Virus record (IMG/VR): IMGVR_UViG_3300017991_000051
Coordinates: 96,001-160,000 of that record
Origin: a virus
Length of the DNA stretch: 64,000 nucleotides
Strand: one strand, 5' to 3'
Of this stretch, positions 10,075 through 20,800 are shown piece by piece (position 1 is the first letter of the stretch; every line of letters starts with the position of its first letter). Below the pieces are notes generated by a model. The model did not search any database. It was not told the DNA's origin and saw nothing but the letters and a program-made list of their open reading frames with translations. The translations under genes were made by a program, and so were the position numbers.

Positions 10075-12876
10075 TTATACCACCAAGTGGACTTCCACGT
10101 TGTTCAGTGGCTCCGGCAGATCCAGATCCAACACGATCACCACACGGTCATGCAGTGTCGGATGTCGCTGGATGCTGACGATGTCTCCGCTAATCAGCTG
10201 ACCACCCACGGTCGGCAGATTAGAATTGTTCACCAAGTAATCGATCGCATCGGTGATTTCAGCGCGCAGCTGGTTCATGGTCTGCTCCGTCACATTGGAG
10301 ATACCAATGTACGGTGCCACCTGCGCGAGGATCACGTAGCTGATCGAATCCAAGTTGGCGCTGATCATTTCCTCCCTGCTGTTGAGATCGGTCATGTCCG
10401 TTGTAAGGTCGTGTCGGACATAGATCTCGCCAGCTGGGGATTCGGTGACGATGCATGTACCGGAAGCGGCCATTGTATCCAGCTCGTCTTCCGTGAACAT
10501 CTCGGTCGTCCGCTCGACGGAGTCGACGCCGGCGACTGCAACGTTGGTCAGGCTCCTCTGAGGGGCCGTACCGGACCGCAAACCCGCGAGGGCCGCTGCC
10601 AGGTAGAAGCCAGACACCAGATCGGTGCCGCTCTCGAAGTAGTCAGGCCAGACGTTGGACACACGCCGGTTCGAGAAGTGTGCGCTGCCGGCTGCAACCG
10701 CGGCCGCCATCTCGGCGTCGCTGAGGTCGCGCCAGATCTCGATCTTGGCTGCGACACTGATCGGGGACGATGGACCGGTCAGGAGCCGGACGCTGTCCTC
10801 CGACAGTACGGCATCGATCGTGTACTCGCTGTACGTCACGTTCCCGAAACCGTCGGTGGAGTACTGTGCCCGGACCTTGTCGCCGGCAATCACACCCGCC
10901 GTGATGATATCGACGTCGGTCGTGATCTCCACCAGCGTGTACTGCAGTCCGCTTGTGCCCGGATCGTCGGTGATCGTCGCGAGGACGGGGTCGCCGCTCG
11001 AATCCGCGGTCACGATCCCGCTCTCTTCCGCCAGCTCCGTGGATGTCCACATACGCCGCCAGCGACCGAACTCTGCGGCGCTCATGGCGTCACAGTGAGC
11101 TGCCACCGCGTCGTGGATAGCGGTCGTGAAGGTCATCGGCACGAGGCCGTGCACGTCGTTACGCTGCGTCAGCTTGCCCAGCGCGGCGTTGTAGCCCGCC
11201 AGATCGTCGGTTGGCACGCAGATGTACTTGACGTCCGTCCCGTTCGAATTCAGGAGGGCCATGTACACACCGTACGCAACCGGGTTGTCGACCGACAGCG
11301 TACCGAGCGCTGCTGCGAGGGCGCTGGTGAGGCTGATGGTGCCGACGGCAGTGCAACAGCCTTGCAGGAGAGCCCTGTAATAGACCCATGCATCCCCGCC
11401 CTTTACTGGGAGAGGCAGCATGACACCGTCGTCGTCCACCCACGTCGAATCGTAGGAGAGGATGCCGTCCGCCAGGCAGATCTCTGTGGCGGAGGTCGTC
11501 CAGTTGACGATAGGTGCGAAGCCGGTCCGGTCTTCCGGCACCTCGATATCCTTCTGGATATACAGAGTAACGGAGAGGTCGGGCACCGTCGCACATACGC
11601 CGGCGTCGTTCAGGCCGATAAGGTCGTCAGGCAGGTTGTGACCGAGCACCAGCGTCCGGATAGCACCGGCTGCTGGAGCCGTAACCGGAATGTAGTACCT
11701 GTCGCCCCTGTAGAGACCTTGGCCGGCCCCGATAAGCGATGTGAATCGGATCGTGACCCCGTAGGAGCCGATCGCAACATTCGTGTCCAGTGCGGCCACG
11801 GAATGCGGTCCGCTGGAGTCGATACCGGTTGTCGTCGAGATGGTGACCTGCGGGGTGCTCGCACCGCCGAACATACCACCTGTGGTAACCTCGATGACGT
11901 ACGTGGTGTCGGAGGGCCCACTGTAGGTACCGCCGGACACAGGATCCACGTCCACGGCGCCGAAGTTGACCGTCAGTTCCCACTTCATACCGTCGACGAA
12001 GATGTCCGCGCCTGCACGGGTCCACGTCACGCTGAGGCTCTTGTTACCGAACGGCGTCGCAACGCCCCAGTCGTTTGGTGTCAGTTCCGCCGTATCATCG
12101 GTACCGCTGGCGCTCGTCACACGGATAATCGCATCCGCCGGCGCGCCGCCGACAATGACTTCCAGCGTATACTCATCGGATTGAACACCGTCAATGTATC
12201 CCTGCTCCGGATGGTCTGGGGGAGTCGCCGCATCCGTGATGTCCACGGAATTGCCGGCAAAGCCGATCTTGTCGATGACGATGGAGGGGTTGATAGACGA
12301 AGATTCGTCGAGAGGTGCGGATTCGTTGTTCGGATCCTCTACGGCATCCCCAACAACACCGGGGATCTCGTCGGCCATGAAACCGGCCACGTAGGTCCAC
12401 AGTGTCACGGTCTCGGCGCCGATGACGGCTTCCACCTTGGCGATATCGCCGACGGTCACGTCACGGTTGCGGAGGGCCGCAGCGCGCGCGTACGCGCCGG
12501 AGGTCACCCAGTTGGTGTTCGCAGCCCGAATGGCGTTCTTGACTTGAGGATCACCCACCACGTCGGGCAGGTTGCAGAAAGTAGCTTGGATTTCATCGCC
12601 GGTACTGGCTGGGTTGTGGAAGTACTGGAGCAGCGCGTCATCAATAAACACCCGGGTCCAGTCCTGATCCACCACCGCGCCCGCCGAACGATTCGGCCAG
12701 CTGTAACATGTTTCGGAGTTCGGATCGTACTCTCCGAGTGCTCCCTGTGCAGCAGTCGTCACCAGCTCATAATTCGGCCCTATGATACACGCCCGCAGCG
12801 GTTCCGTAATCGCCGTAGGCAACAGGGTGAACTCCTGGTAGACAAGTGCTTGTGGTACTACGTATGATGTAGGCAT
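10075..12876 (-). CDS. Tail sheath protein
   Basis: 933 aa. N-terminal VPQALVYQEF; C-terminal AAALAGL...SLTNV...IYVRHDLTT...NLDSISY...LPEPLNNVEVHL are sheath-like. Confidence 0.75.
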   Translation of the reverse strand: MPTSYVVPQALVYQEFTLLPTAITEPLRACIIGPNYELVTTAAQGALGEYDPNSETCYSWPNRSAGAVVDQDWTRVFIDDALLQYFHNPASTGDEIQATFCNLPDVVGDPQVKNAIRAANTNWVTSGAYARAAALRNRDVTVGDIAKVEAVIGAETVTLWTYVAGFMADEIPGVVGDAVEDPNNESAPLDESSSINPSIVIDKIGFAGNSVDITDAATPPDHPEQGYIDGVQSDEYTLEVIVGGAPADAIIRVTSASGTDDTAELTPNDWGVATPFGNKSLSVTWTRAGADIFVDGMKWELTVNFGAVDVDPVSGGTYSGPSDTTYVIEVTTGGMFGGASTPQVTISTTTGIDSSGPHSVAALDTNVAIGSYGVTIRFTSLIGAGQGLYRGDRYYIPVTAPAAGAIRTLVLGHNLPDDLIGLNDAGVCATVPDLSVTLYIQKDIEVPEDRTGFAPIVNWTTSATEICLADGILSYDSTWVDDDGVMLPLPVKGGDAWVYYRALLQGCCTAVGTISLTSALAAALGTLSVDNPVAYGVYMALLNSNGTDVKYICVPTDDLAGYNAALGKLTQRNDVHGLVPMTFTTAIHDAVAAHCDAMSAAEFGRWRRMWTSTELAEESGIVTADSSGDPVLATITDDPGTSGLQYTLVEITTDVDIITAGVIAGDKVRAQYSTDGFGNVTYSEYTIDAVLSEDSVRLLTGPSSPISVAAKIEIWRDLSDAEMAAAVAAGSAHFSNRRVSNVWPDYFESGTDLVSGFYLAAALAGLRSGTAPQRSLTNVAVAGVDSVERTTEMFTEDELDTMAASGTCIVTESPAGEIYVRHDLTTDMTDLNSREEMISANLDSISYVILAQVAPYIGISNVTEQTMNQLRAEITDAIDYLVNNSNLPTVGGQLISGDIVSIQRHPTLHDRVVIVLDLDLPEPLNNVEVHLVV

Positions 12877-12899
12877 CGTTTTCCTCCGTCAGATTTCCC

Positions 12900-13592
12900 T
12901 TATGCGGTTAGTGTTATACCCTTCAACTTCAGTGCTTCCGGAGTCAGTTGCCATACGTGATTGAACGCATAGGTCACAACTACCGGCACGACCCAATGTT
13001 CTCTTGATTCCTCGAGCTTCCCGATGCCCCCTAACTCCATGACCTCGAACCTGTTCAGGTTTGTATCCTTACGGATCAGCGGAGCGAACTCCACCAGCTC
13101 AAAGAAAACTTCTGTTCCGACCGTTTCGGCTTCCGCCCCGGTCCCGCCGATACAGAACACTGTATGGCTTCCTGCTATTATTACCTCATAACGGTATCCA
13201 TTGTCAACAGCATTATCGGTCACAATGTTCGATTTGTCAATGCTCGAACGTGTGCCCAGCATATGCTTGTCCCCGATACCCAGCTTGATGCGTCCGTACC
13301 GGTTACGTTTGACGTATATCCCAGGCCGGCGTTGTATCGCCTGCGTGGGTGATTTAGGCCACTTTGTCACGGATTCAATGGCGATCCGCGAGGCCTCCGT
13401 CTCGCTGTTCCAGATGTAGTCCTTCAGACTCGCATCAACGATCTGCGCCGGATCGGAGAAGTGCCGGCGGATCACCCACAGTAAAACACCCGTCATGACC
13501 AGCGGAGGGTGCCCGATGGTACACAGTGCGCTGAACTCGCTATCCACCCACTGCGGGTCAATTACGCCTGTTATTGGGGATGCCAAGCTCAT
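12900..13592 (-). CDS. Putative tail terminator/completion protein
   Basis: Immediately upstream of the sheath; RPGIYVKR segment, alpha/beta pattern. Confidence 0.5.
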   Translation of the reverse strand: MSLASPITGVIDPQWVDSEFSALCTIGHPPLVMTGVLLWVIRRHFSDPAQIVDASLKDYIWNSETEASRIAIESVTKWPKSPTQAIQRRPGIYVKRNRYGRIKLGIGDKHMLGTRSSIDKSNIVTDNAVDNGYRYEVIIAGSHTVFCIGGTGAEAETVGTEVFFELVEFAPLIRKDTNLNRFEVMELGGIGKLEESREHWVVPVVVTYAFNHVWQLTPEALKLKGITLTA

Positions 13593-13773
13593 GTAGTACG
13601 TCCTCCCACTCCGGCTCGTAGTTCAATGAAATCAGCGGCAACATCCTCGTCCCCTGTGTCCGCTCACGCCTACGCTCCCTCCTGCGGGAGGGTGGAGGCG
13701 CCGGCTCGGGCGAAGCCGGCGCACTCACGGGCGGTGACGGGCTGGCACCGGGGTTGAAAGTCTTGCGCGCCAT
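13558..13773 (-). CDS. Small Pro-rich hypothetical protein
   Basis: GGAGAG RBS; fills the gap between genes. Confidence 0.45.
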   Translation of the reverse strand: MARKTFNPGASPSPPVSAPASPEPAPPPSRRRERRRERTQGTRMLPLISLNYEPEWEDVLHELGIPNNRRN

Positions 13774-13810
13774 TTACTCTCCAAAGATTGTCTAGCAATG
13801 ATACAAAATC

Positions 13811-14647
13811 TTAGAACCTGTCCACCTTCACGATCGCATCGAAAATGAGGTGGTCCCACTCCTCGAGCGCCTTCGGGATCAGCGCAGCGTTGTCCATCGC
13901 CCACCCCTTCTTCCGCTCGAACTGGATCCGGAGATGTTTCTTCAGCGGAAGATTGGTCACGAAGTACTCGTGCATCTTATTCGCCGCACCCGACAACAGG
14001 ATGCTTAGTATGAACCGCCCCCACTTCAGCACCGTCCACCACTTCGTGGACCCGACGGTGTTGTTCTTGCAGCGTTCACCGGTTCCGATCGAGCACAGCT
14101 CCAGCTCCGACAGCGACACCCCCAGCTTGGCGATGGAACCAACGGTGGCGACCATGGCCGGATTGTTCGCGAACGGTCCACCGTCCGCCAGGCCCTTCCA
14201 CGGCAGGAAGTAGCCTTCGGCGGCCACGGCCATGCGCACGACCTCCCACAACCACAGCTCGCCGTCCTCCGAGTCGCCGGAGAAGAAGACCTTGAGGGTC
14301 TCTCGATTCAAATCCGCCGCGGTAATGAAAAGCGGCACCTTCACGTCCTTCAACTTCCCCGGGAAGAGGGACTTCAGCGCCGCATTCAGCTCCTTGTCGG
14401 AGTAGCGGGGCGTGAACGGGTTGAACCGCTTCCACGTATAGCCGGCAAATATCTTCGGCGCCTTCTCGAGGAAGAAGTCCATGAACTGCGCTTGATCGAT
14501 CTTCGTGGCGATGGACGCGCCGACGATGGCTCCCACCGACGTGCCGGCCACGAAGTCGAACTTATCCAAATCCTTGACTTGGCTCAGGATCGACGCCTGC
14601 CCCACACCGAACACCCCGCCCCCGTCTAGTGCTAAACCTTTCATCAC
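13811..14647 (-). CDS. Patatin-like phospholipase
   Basis: DGGG oxyanion loop, GTSVG nucleophile, DGG..ANNP, SIGTG. Confidence 0.9.
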   Translation of the reverse strand: MMKGLALDGGGVFGVGQASILSQVKDLDKFDFVAGTSVGAIVGASIATKIDQAQFMDFFLEKAPKIFAGYTWKRFNPFTPRYSDKELNAALKSLFPGKLKDVKVPLFITAADLNRETLKVFFSGDSEDGELWLWEVVRMAVAAEGYFLPWKGLADGGPFANNPAMVATVGSIAKLGVSLSELELCSIGTGERCKNNTVGSTKWWTVLKWGRFILSILLSGAANKMHEYFVTNLPLKKHLRIQFERKKGWAMDNAALIPKALEEWDHLIFDAIVKVDRF

Positions 14648-14960
14648 TACGCTCCACTGTCTTTCGCTGTTCGCATAACTCCCTGACGTTCTCCACGTAC
14701 CGCGTGGCGAAGCTACGGTTATGACCGACGATCAGATGGCACCGCCGGCACAACGTTATGAAGTTGTCCGGATCCAACGCCAGCGACTCGTCCGCCCACA
14801 ACGGAACGATGTGATGCGCCTGCAGCTTCTTTATCGCACCACACCAGCAACAGTAAGGCTCCTTCTCGATGTGCTGCCTGCATGCCTTACGCACCCTCCA
14901 CGTCCTCGTGGGGTACTTCACCACGTAGGACCAGTTCCGTGTCTCCAACGTTGTAAACAC
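14562..14960 (-). CDS. HNH endonuclease
   Basis: CCWCG...AHHIVP...NFITLCRRCH...H. Confidence 0.85.
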   Translation of the reverse strand: MFTTLETRNWSYVVKYPTRTWRVRKACRQHIEKEPYCCWCGAIKKLQAHHIVPLWADESLALDPDNFITLCRRCHLIVGHNRSFATRYVENVRELCEQRKTVERSDERFSTRRGRGVRCGAGVDPEPSQGFG

Positions 14961-15211
14961 TATGCCTTCTTCTTCAGGCGGTAATGCGGAACATTCTTCA
15001 GTCGACCATTAACCATGATCCTGAACTGCTTCATCTCCGCCATACCGCTGTTCACCATCGTCTGCACGTAGCGATTCACTACCGAATGACTCTTCTGCAT
15101 CACAGCCACCAGCTCGCGCATGGGATGCCAATCAGGTGGCACTTCATCCAAGTCCGGCATAGTCGCCTCCGCCGCCGCGCTCACCCACGCCTCGATGTCA
15201 TCTTGTGACAT
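14960..15211 (-). CDS. Small winged-HTH-like protein (likely start MSQDD at 15211)
   Basis: MRELVAVMQKSHSVVNRYVQTMVNSG helix-turn-helix followed by a beta wing. Confidence 0.5.
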   Translation of the reverse strand: MSQDDIEAWVSAAAEATMPDLDEVPPDWHPMRELVAVMQKSHSVVNRYVQTMVNSGMAEMKQFRIMVNGRLKNVPHYRLKKKA

Positions 15212-15219
15212 CTTCACGT

Positions 15220-16044
15220 TTAGAGTTTCACGGTGCGGGCTTTTTGACGCTTTAGATCTGCGAGATGCGCCTGCCATACGTAACCTCCATCCGGATTGAC
15301 ATCGAAGTGTACAAACCCGTAGTTAACACGTCCAGAACACTTACGTGCACCGAACTTGGTTCCCATCGCCTGCAACGCCGGCGTCGTCATAGCCAGCACG
15401 TCGTCTTCGCCACAGAACACGTGATAGTGTACGTGGCTGCGTATGATGACGTCGCCTTTCGGCTGCTCCTTGTGGTCCGACCACAGGCAGTTCCACAGGC
15501 GATCGCGCGCCAGTGCCGTGTAACGGCCGTGCGGAATCTGCGACGACCCGATATGGTGTTTCACATCGAATACGCAACCGTTCACGTCCACCCACTCGTG
15601 ACTCCCGATCTTCACCGACTTGACGCCCTTCACGTCGCGCAACCGATCGGCGATGATGTCTTCAAAGTCTTCCTTGTCGCCCGTATGATACGGGGTGCCG
15701 TAGGTGAGCACATAGTGCTTTGCCTTGAGCTGCTTAAGCACGTCCAGCGCCATGTCCACCTGCGTAATCCTGTTCGTTGTAATCAGCTCTGTACCGCCCG
15801 ATCGCTCGCCGCGACCATCAATCATATCCGCATTGAAGATCACGACATCGAAAGGCCCCGTTGCATTGGTCTCCTTCTCGAACCAGTTCCACGACTCGCG
15901 CTCGAGATCCGCCGCCTTATCCCGCCACGTACCACGCTGCTTCGTGTACGTCATCTGATATTGCGGTGAGGTTAGACCAACCAAGTGGCCACAATGTGAG
16001 TCGGAGAAGATACCGACCCGTTTCGTTTTACGGCTACCACCCAT
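15220..16044 (-). CDS. Calcineurin-like metallophosphoesterase
   Basis: SDSHCG, ADMIDG, GTPYH, KHH and RSHVH motifs. Confidence 0.8.
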   Translation of the reverse strand: MGGSRKTKRVGIFSDSHCGHLVGLTSPQYQMTYTKQRGTWRDKAADLERESWNWFEKETNATGPFDVVIFNADMIDGRGERSGGTELITTNRITQVDMALDVLKQLKAKHYVLTYGTPYHTGDKEDFEDIIADRLRDVKGVKSVKIGSHEWVDVNGCVFDVKHHIGSSQIPHGRYTALARDRLWNCLWSDHKEQPKGDVIIRSHVHYHVFCGEDDVLAMTTPALQAMGTKFGARKCSGRVNYGFVHFDVNPDGGYVWQAHLADLKRQKARTVKL

Positions 16045-16100
16045 CGTGATGCCCTCCTTCTATTCCATCCAGCAGAACTATTCCGCCGATGGTGCTGCTG

Positions 16101-16129
16101 ATTAAACAACAAAATAACTAAGCCGTCAA
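16101..16129 (-). promoter_or_regulatory. Sigma70-type promoter with AT-rich UP-like element
   Basis: Minus strand TTGACG-17 nt-TTTAAT; T-rich tract upstream (16130-16165); points into the 16044 gene. Confidence 0.6.
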
Positions 16130-16277
16130 GCAACAAATTAAGGAAAAAAATAACTTATCAAATAGGCAAACGGCACGCCATATGACTAGCCAAAATAAAA
16201 GGCAAAACGCTATTACGCTGCTCCATACAAGCAGTGAGATGGCGCCGTGTAGTGCCCGTCGCCAATTCGCCCGTTTC

Positions 16278-16655
16278 CTAGAACTCTGCATTGAGTGTCA
16301 GGGTGGCTGCACCGTTCGTACTGTTCACGAACCGAAGGGTGTCGCCGTCCCGGAAGTATACCCGCCCAGGTATGTACCATGTGACATGCGTCATGTTGGT
16401 CTCCGGTACGTTCAGCAACACGTTCGTCACGTCGTTGCGGACGTACGATACCGTAAACTCATTGGTCACCGGCTCCGGGAAGCTCAACAGTACAGACGTC
16501 AGATAGTACGGACGAACCGATGTACCTGTCACTGGGATCTCCAGCGTGCCGGAGATCGCTCGAGCCGTATTGAAAATGAAGGTGTCGCCGGCGATCGCTG
16601 CAACAGCGATCAGCAGCCCCACCAATACCAGCCGTATGATCTTTTGTCGCTTCAT
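16278..16655 (-). CDS. Small secreted protein, TN-rich
   Basis: Signal peptide MKRQKIIRLVLVGLLIAVAAIA; four TN dipeptides. Confidence 0.7.
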   Translation of the reverse strand: MKRQKIIRLVLVGLLIAVAAIAGDTFIFNTARAISGTLEIPVTGTSVRPYYLTSVLLSFPEPVTNEFTVSYVRNDVTNVLLNVPETNMTHVTWYIPGRVYFRDGDTLRFVNSTNGAATLTLNAEF

Positions 16656-16669
16656 GTTCGTATACTCCT

Positions 16670-17050
16670 TTACGGGAGGCGGCTCTTGCCAACCTTGATA
16701 GCAGCGCGCCTCCAGCGTACCATCTCCTGAATGCCGTTGGTCGAACCAAGCGCCTCAAGCGCGTTCTTCCACTGGGTCCGCGTGGCCTTGACCTCCAAAA
16801 ACTCAAGGAGTTCGCCGTCCACGTTTATTGGTACACGGTCGCCGGCCGCGTCGCGCAGCATCACCGCGAACTCGAAGGTGTTCTCGTTCAGATCTATGAA
16901 GATCCCGCGCTTCTTCTCGAGGCGTATGCTTTCGGGCGTCCGCGATACGGTCTGCTCCGTCGTGTACGATTCCTGCTGGTCGGCTCCCATAACTATGAAT
17001 GTCGCCACCAACAGTGCCAGGACTACGCCTGCTGTAATATACTTCTTCAT
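16670..17050 (-). CDS. Small secreted protein, paralog of 17423-17809
   Basis: Signal peptide; aligns by eye with the 17423-17809 protein. Confidence 0.7.
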   Translation of the reverse strand: MKKYITAGVVLALLVATFIVMGADQQESYTTEQTVSRTPESIRLEKKRGIFIDLNENTFEFAVMLRDAAGDRVPINVDGELLEFLEVKATRTQWKNALEALGSTNGIQEMVRWRRAAIKVGKSRLP

Positions 17051-17075
17051 CTTACCGTCTCCTTTTTCTCAAATA

Positions 17076-17402
17076 TTACTCCTGCTCCGTTTCCTCGAAC
17101 GCCGCATCGGCCTCCGCCTTAGCCGCATCGATGGCGGCGTTGACGGCGTCTACCCGCTTATGCTCGGCCAACGCTGTACGCCAGTACTCCAGAACGGCAG
17201 CGGTCGACGCGTCCTTAAACCGTGCTTGGTAGTCGCCGCCAGCGTTGTCCGGATCGATCTTCTCGTCTAGGAGTTCCTTGACCGCGTCAACTTCAAGGCT
17301 CTTGATCGTAATCTTAATCGTAAGATCGATGTCTGCCGCCCACGCAACAACAGCAATACCAACGACACCGACCAGAACCAATATCATCAGATGTTTCTTC
17401 AT
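17076..17402 (-). CDS. Small secreted helical protein
   Basis: Signal peptide ending AWA; GGAGACGGTAAG leader identical to that of the 17050 gene. Confidence 0.7.
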   Translation of the reverse strand: MKKHLMILVLVGVVGIAVVAWAADIDLTIKITIKSLEVDAVKELLDEKIDPDNAGGDYQARFKDASTAAVLEYWRTALAEHKRVDAVNAAIDAAKAEADAAFEETEQE

Positions 17403-17422
17403 CTTACCGTCTCCTTGTCGTA

Positions 17423-17809
17423 TTATAGTTGATCGTATAGTGCTTTCGCCACACGAAGATGCGCGCGCTTAAGCGTCAGAAGAAATCCGACGTCATTCGT
17501 AGCCGCCGCGTAACCCTCTTGATTCAAACCCCACTTAAGGTTCGAGAGCGTGGGCGTCACCGCGTAGAACTCCTGATCCCCAGGGAGCTTGGTCATCTTG
17601 ACCACCGTCCCGTCAGCCTTCTGGAGCTGGACGACATACTCTTGGCTCCAGTCGTTAATGTCGTAGACGAGCTTTGTGTCGTCAGCGAACACCATCTTCG
17701 CCGGTGTTTGGTCGTAAGTTTGCGGCGTGTTGTAGTCGATGGACGTACCAAGGGAAATCCCCGCGATAAGCCCCGTTACCGTCATTATAATTGCATATCT
17801 GATCTTCAT
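17423..17809 (-). CDS. Small secreted protein, paralog of 16670-17050
   Basis: Signal peptide; shared Y.T.QT...TP...D.N...E..V.L..A.G..V...EF..V..T pattern. Confidence 0.7.
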   Translation of the reverse strand: MKIRYAIIMTVTGLIAGISLGTSIDYNTPQTYDQTPAKMVFADDTKLVYDINDWSQEYVVQLQKADGTVVKMTKLPGDQEFYAVTPTLSNLKWGLNQEGYAAATNDVGFLLTLKRAHLRVAKALYDQL

Positions 17810-17830
17810 TCTTAACCTTCTCCTTCTTCT

Positions 17831-20800
17831 TTACGGGCTTACCATTAACGTTCCCGTAGCGTTTGTATAAAGCAATCCCGATGCTCCGGCAGCACTAGGA
17901 AGCGGCAGTTGGAATATAACATTATGCACGGTAGCTGTCCCGTTTACAGTTAGACGGGTTGGTGCGTTCGTTGTTCCGACACCAGTATTCCCCTGCGCCT
18001 GTGACGCTGACTCGTCCCAGTTCAAGGCGATGTGGCCAAAGCCGCTCCCCGTGTTTGTACCGGGAGCCATGTGAATGTGTGCCCCTGCTGTGTAAACTGT
18101 AGCCGTCGGGCAAGCATCTGCGGCCTCGAACACGAAGTTGCTTTGAACCTCATCGTGATACCCGTCGGTGGCGATCACACGGAAGGCGTTCGGCATATTG
18201 TTCCTGTGGCCGTGAAGCGACATAGTAACGCCGAGGTTCTGACTCTCCTTGCCGCCATAGAGTATGAGGCTGTTCTGCGAGTTATTTCCGTCCGGTCGAA
18301 TGCCATAGCCCTTTAGGTATATCGACCCAACAAGCAACGACTGGTATATCCACGCATCACCATCCTTATCACAATTCATCCTAGTCGAACCAGAACCCGT
18401 CGTAACCTTCAATAAAACCTCGTTCACCGCTGGGTCCGCATTGTGGATATGCAGCATACAACTCGGATTATTGGTTCCGATACCCACCCAGTTCGTCGGT
18501 GATGTGCCGTACGCGTTCGTATAGTACAGATGTCCTAATGAGTTCTGCCCCCACGTCGAGTTAGCTGAAAGATACCGTAGATTCACACACTCGAGGTCGT
18601 TTGTCGGGTCGGCCGTCAAAAGATGGTTGTCGTTCGTCCACACCATGAACTCATCGAACCACACCGACTCATAGCGGAAGTTGGCGGTGTTGGTTCCGTG
18701 CGCCGTATAATCAGCGTTGTGGTTGTCCGACAGGACAAGCGCACCCACGAAACCGCCGCCCTGAGATCTGCGGCCACCCATGATCTGATAAGAAGCGTCA
18801 ACGTCATTCCCCTGACCGCCGATGATCGTGGCATAGTCTGAGTTTGCCGCCATGTCATTATCATCTCCACCACCAATGACAGAGTCAGTGCAGCCGTTAC
18901 CCACGCTGTGGTTACGACCGCCGCCTATCACGAGGTAGTCGGCTGTTGAGCCGATCTGGATAGACTGACCTGAGCCGATGAAGTTGTAGTCGGAGTTGAT
19001 ACCGCTCGACCAGCTTCGTCCGTGGTAGTTGTTGTCACTACCGTCAGCCGATCCGTACCGTCCACTGATCCGGCAGAACTTCACCTTTGAGGTCGTTTCG
19101 TTTCTGTAACCACGAATCCATGACCACTTGGAAGCGTTGACGACGTTGGAATGCCCGAAGACATCACACTCTTCCGCTGCGTTGCTAACAGCATTACTCT
19201 GACCACCTATCCGAGAGAAAATAACATCAGAAGCTACCGAGTGACCGCGCCCCAAGATCATGTTATTGGTTGCCGAGTTACCAGCATCGAGAACCTCTTG
19301 AAGTGTCCCAGCGCCACCGCCGCCGCCAGCAACCGCCATCGACTGGGTTACGGTGCCGTCCGCGGAGACATACAGAAGGTTTGTAGCGAGGTCACTTATC
19401 TTAGCCCCGCTCTCAAACACGAGCGAGTTGGACGCTATGTTGTATAGCGTATTTGACATGAAGTTGAAACCTGATGCAGCTGTAATCTGGAGCATAGTTG
19501 TGCCGTCGTACATGAACTTCCAGTAGCCACCACTCGCGGCAGTCTTCTCGATACCGGTGTCACCGTGCGTGATTGTCGTACCAGCAACGCCGTCAAACCA
19601 GAGCTGACTCCCAGCCTGCATTGTGCCGTCACCTTTCCACGCCAAGCCCCGGAAGCCACCGCCGTATGAATGGTAGTAGAGGCCGCCGTTCCAGACGTTC
19701 ATGGCCAGCGTCACGGTAATGCCGCTCCAATCAATAGCCGGCACACTTGCACTTCCGACATACAGATCGCCACCCCGGACGCGAAGGTCCCCTTGGTTGG
19801 TCGAGATACTGCTCAATCCGCCTGCTACGGTAAACGGCGCCGTAAGCGTAACATTCGGCTGAAGGTTCGTGATGCCGCCGCCCCCGCCTGAGATCATGCT
19901 GTTTGTGTTCGCCCCGTCCGCCGACACGTAGAAGATATCCGTCCCCCTCGAGAAAATGCGAGAGTTATCGTCACACACCAGCATCAGGTTAGTCGACACG
20001 TTTGTAATACCGTAGCTCGACATATTGATGTTCGTCACCGCGACCTCTACACCTACCAACGGGTTCGTGCTCACGCCGTTAGAGGACGTGTAGTAGATCT
20101 GCGTACCATCCACGGACAGCCGCGAACCGTCTACGAATTCAATCGATTCCGTGGCCACGTTCGTGATGCTGTACCCGCCAGCGTTAATATTCGTACTGGC
20201 AGGACGGTTGGCCCAGTAGTCGAAATAGGTCTTTTCCGTGATACTCCGCGTATACAGCCGGAGGTCCCCAGACACCCTGTCCTGATAGACGATGTAAAGC
20301 ACGTCGTCAATCAGTACCGAATCAAACTCGTTGTCGCAGTCGAGAGGGAGTCGCACGTACGTCATGGCGCTCACCTTGTAATCGCCACCCGCGAGTCGCG
20401 GCATCGTAAGCAGCACGAGGTCGGTGTCGGACACGGTGCCGGCACCGGTCCCGTCGTTCGGCTGGTAGAGAACGAGGACGTCGCCGTTAGTACGTACGTT
20501 TACGGAGATCGTAGCAGAGTCGGAAGGATCGGAGTCCTTGGGGCCCTTATAGGGGCTGGGAGCGAGCCCAGCGTCGTTCTGAGCGATCATGAACGACTCC
20601 CATGCCGTGTTCGTACCCTCACCAGGATACTGGAAGGCGAAGCCGAGGTTAGCGTTATCGGCCGTAATACCGTTACGGAACCAGAAGCCCTCGAAGACCG
20701 CGACCATCTGGTCGTTGTTAGTGTTACGCCCCAGCCTGACGGCGCTGAAGCCGAACGGGGCCTGATACGGCGAAACGCCGTTGTAGACGATCACGTTAGT

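Noticed and set aside
10024-12867. 947-aa plus-strand ORF and other long plus-strand ORFs (30853-32340, 41690-42778, 47485-48657)
   Set aside because: Antisense shadows of GC-rich minus-strand genes, with no motifs.
14562-14960. HNH protein as a TasH effector for the arrays
   Set aside because: Only 132 aa, stand-alone with no Nop domain, and 37 kb away.
13811-16044. CBASS system (patatin effector)
   Set aside because: No CD-NTase or Cap2/Cap3 genes are recognisable.
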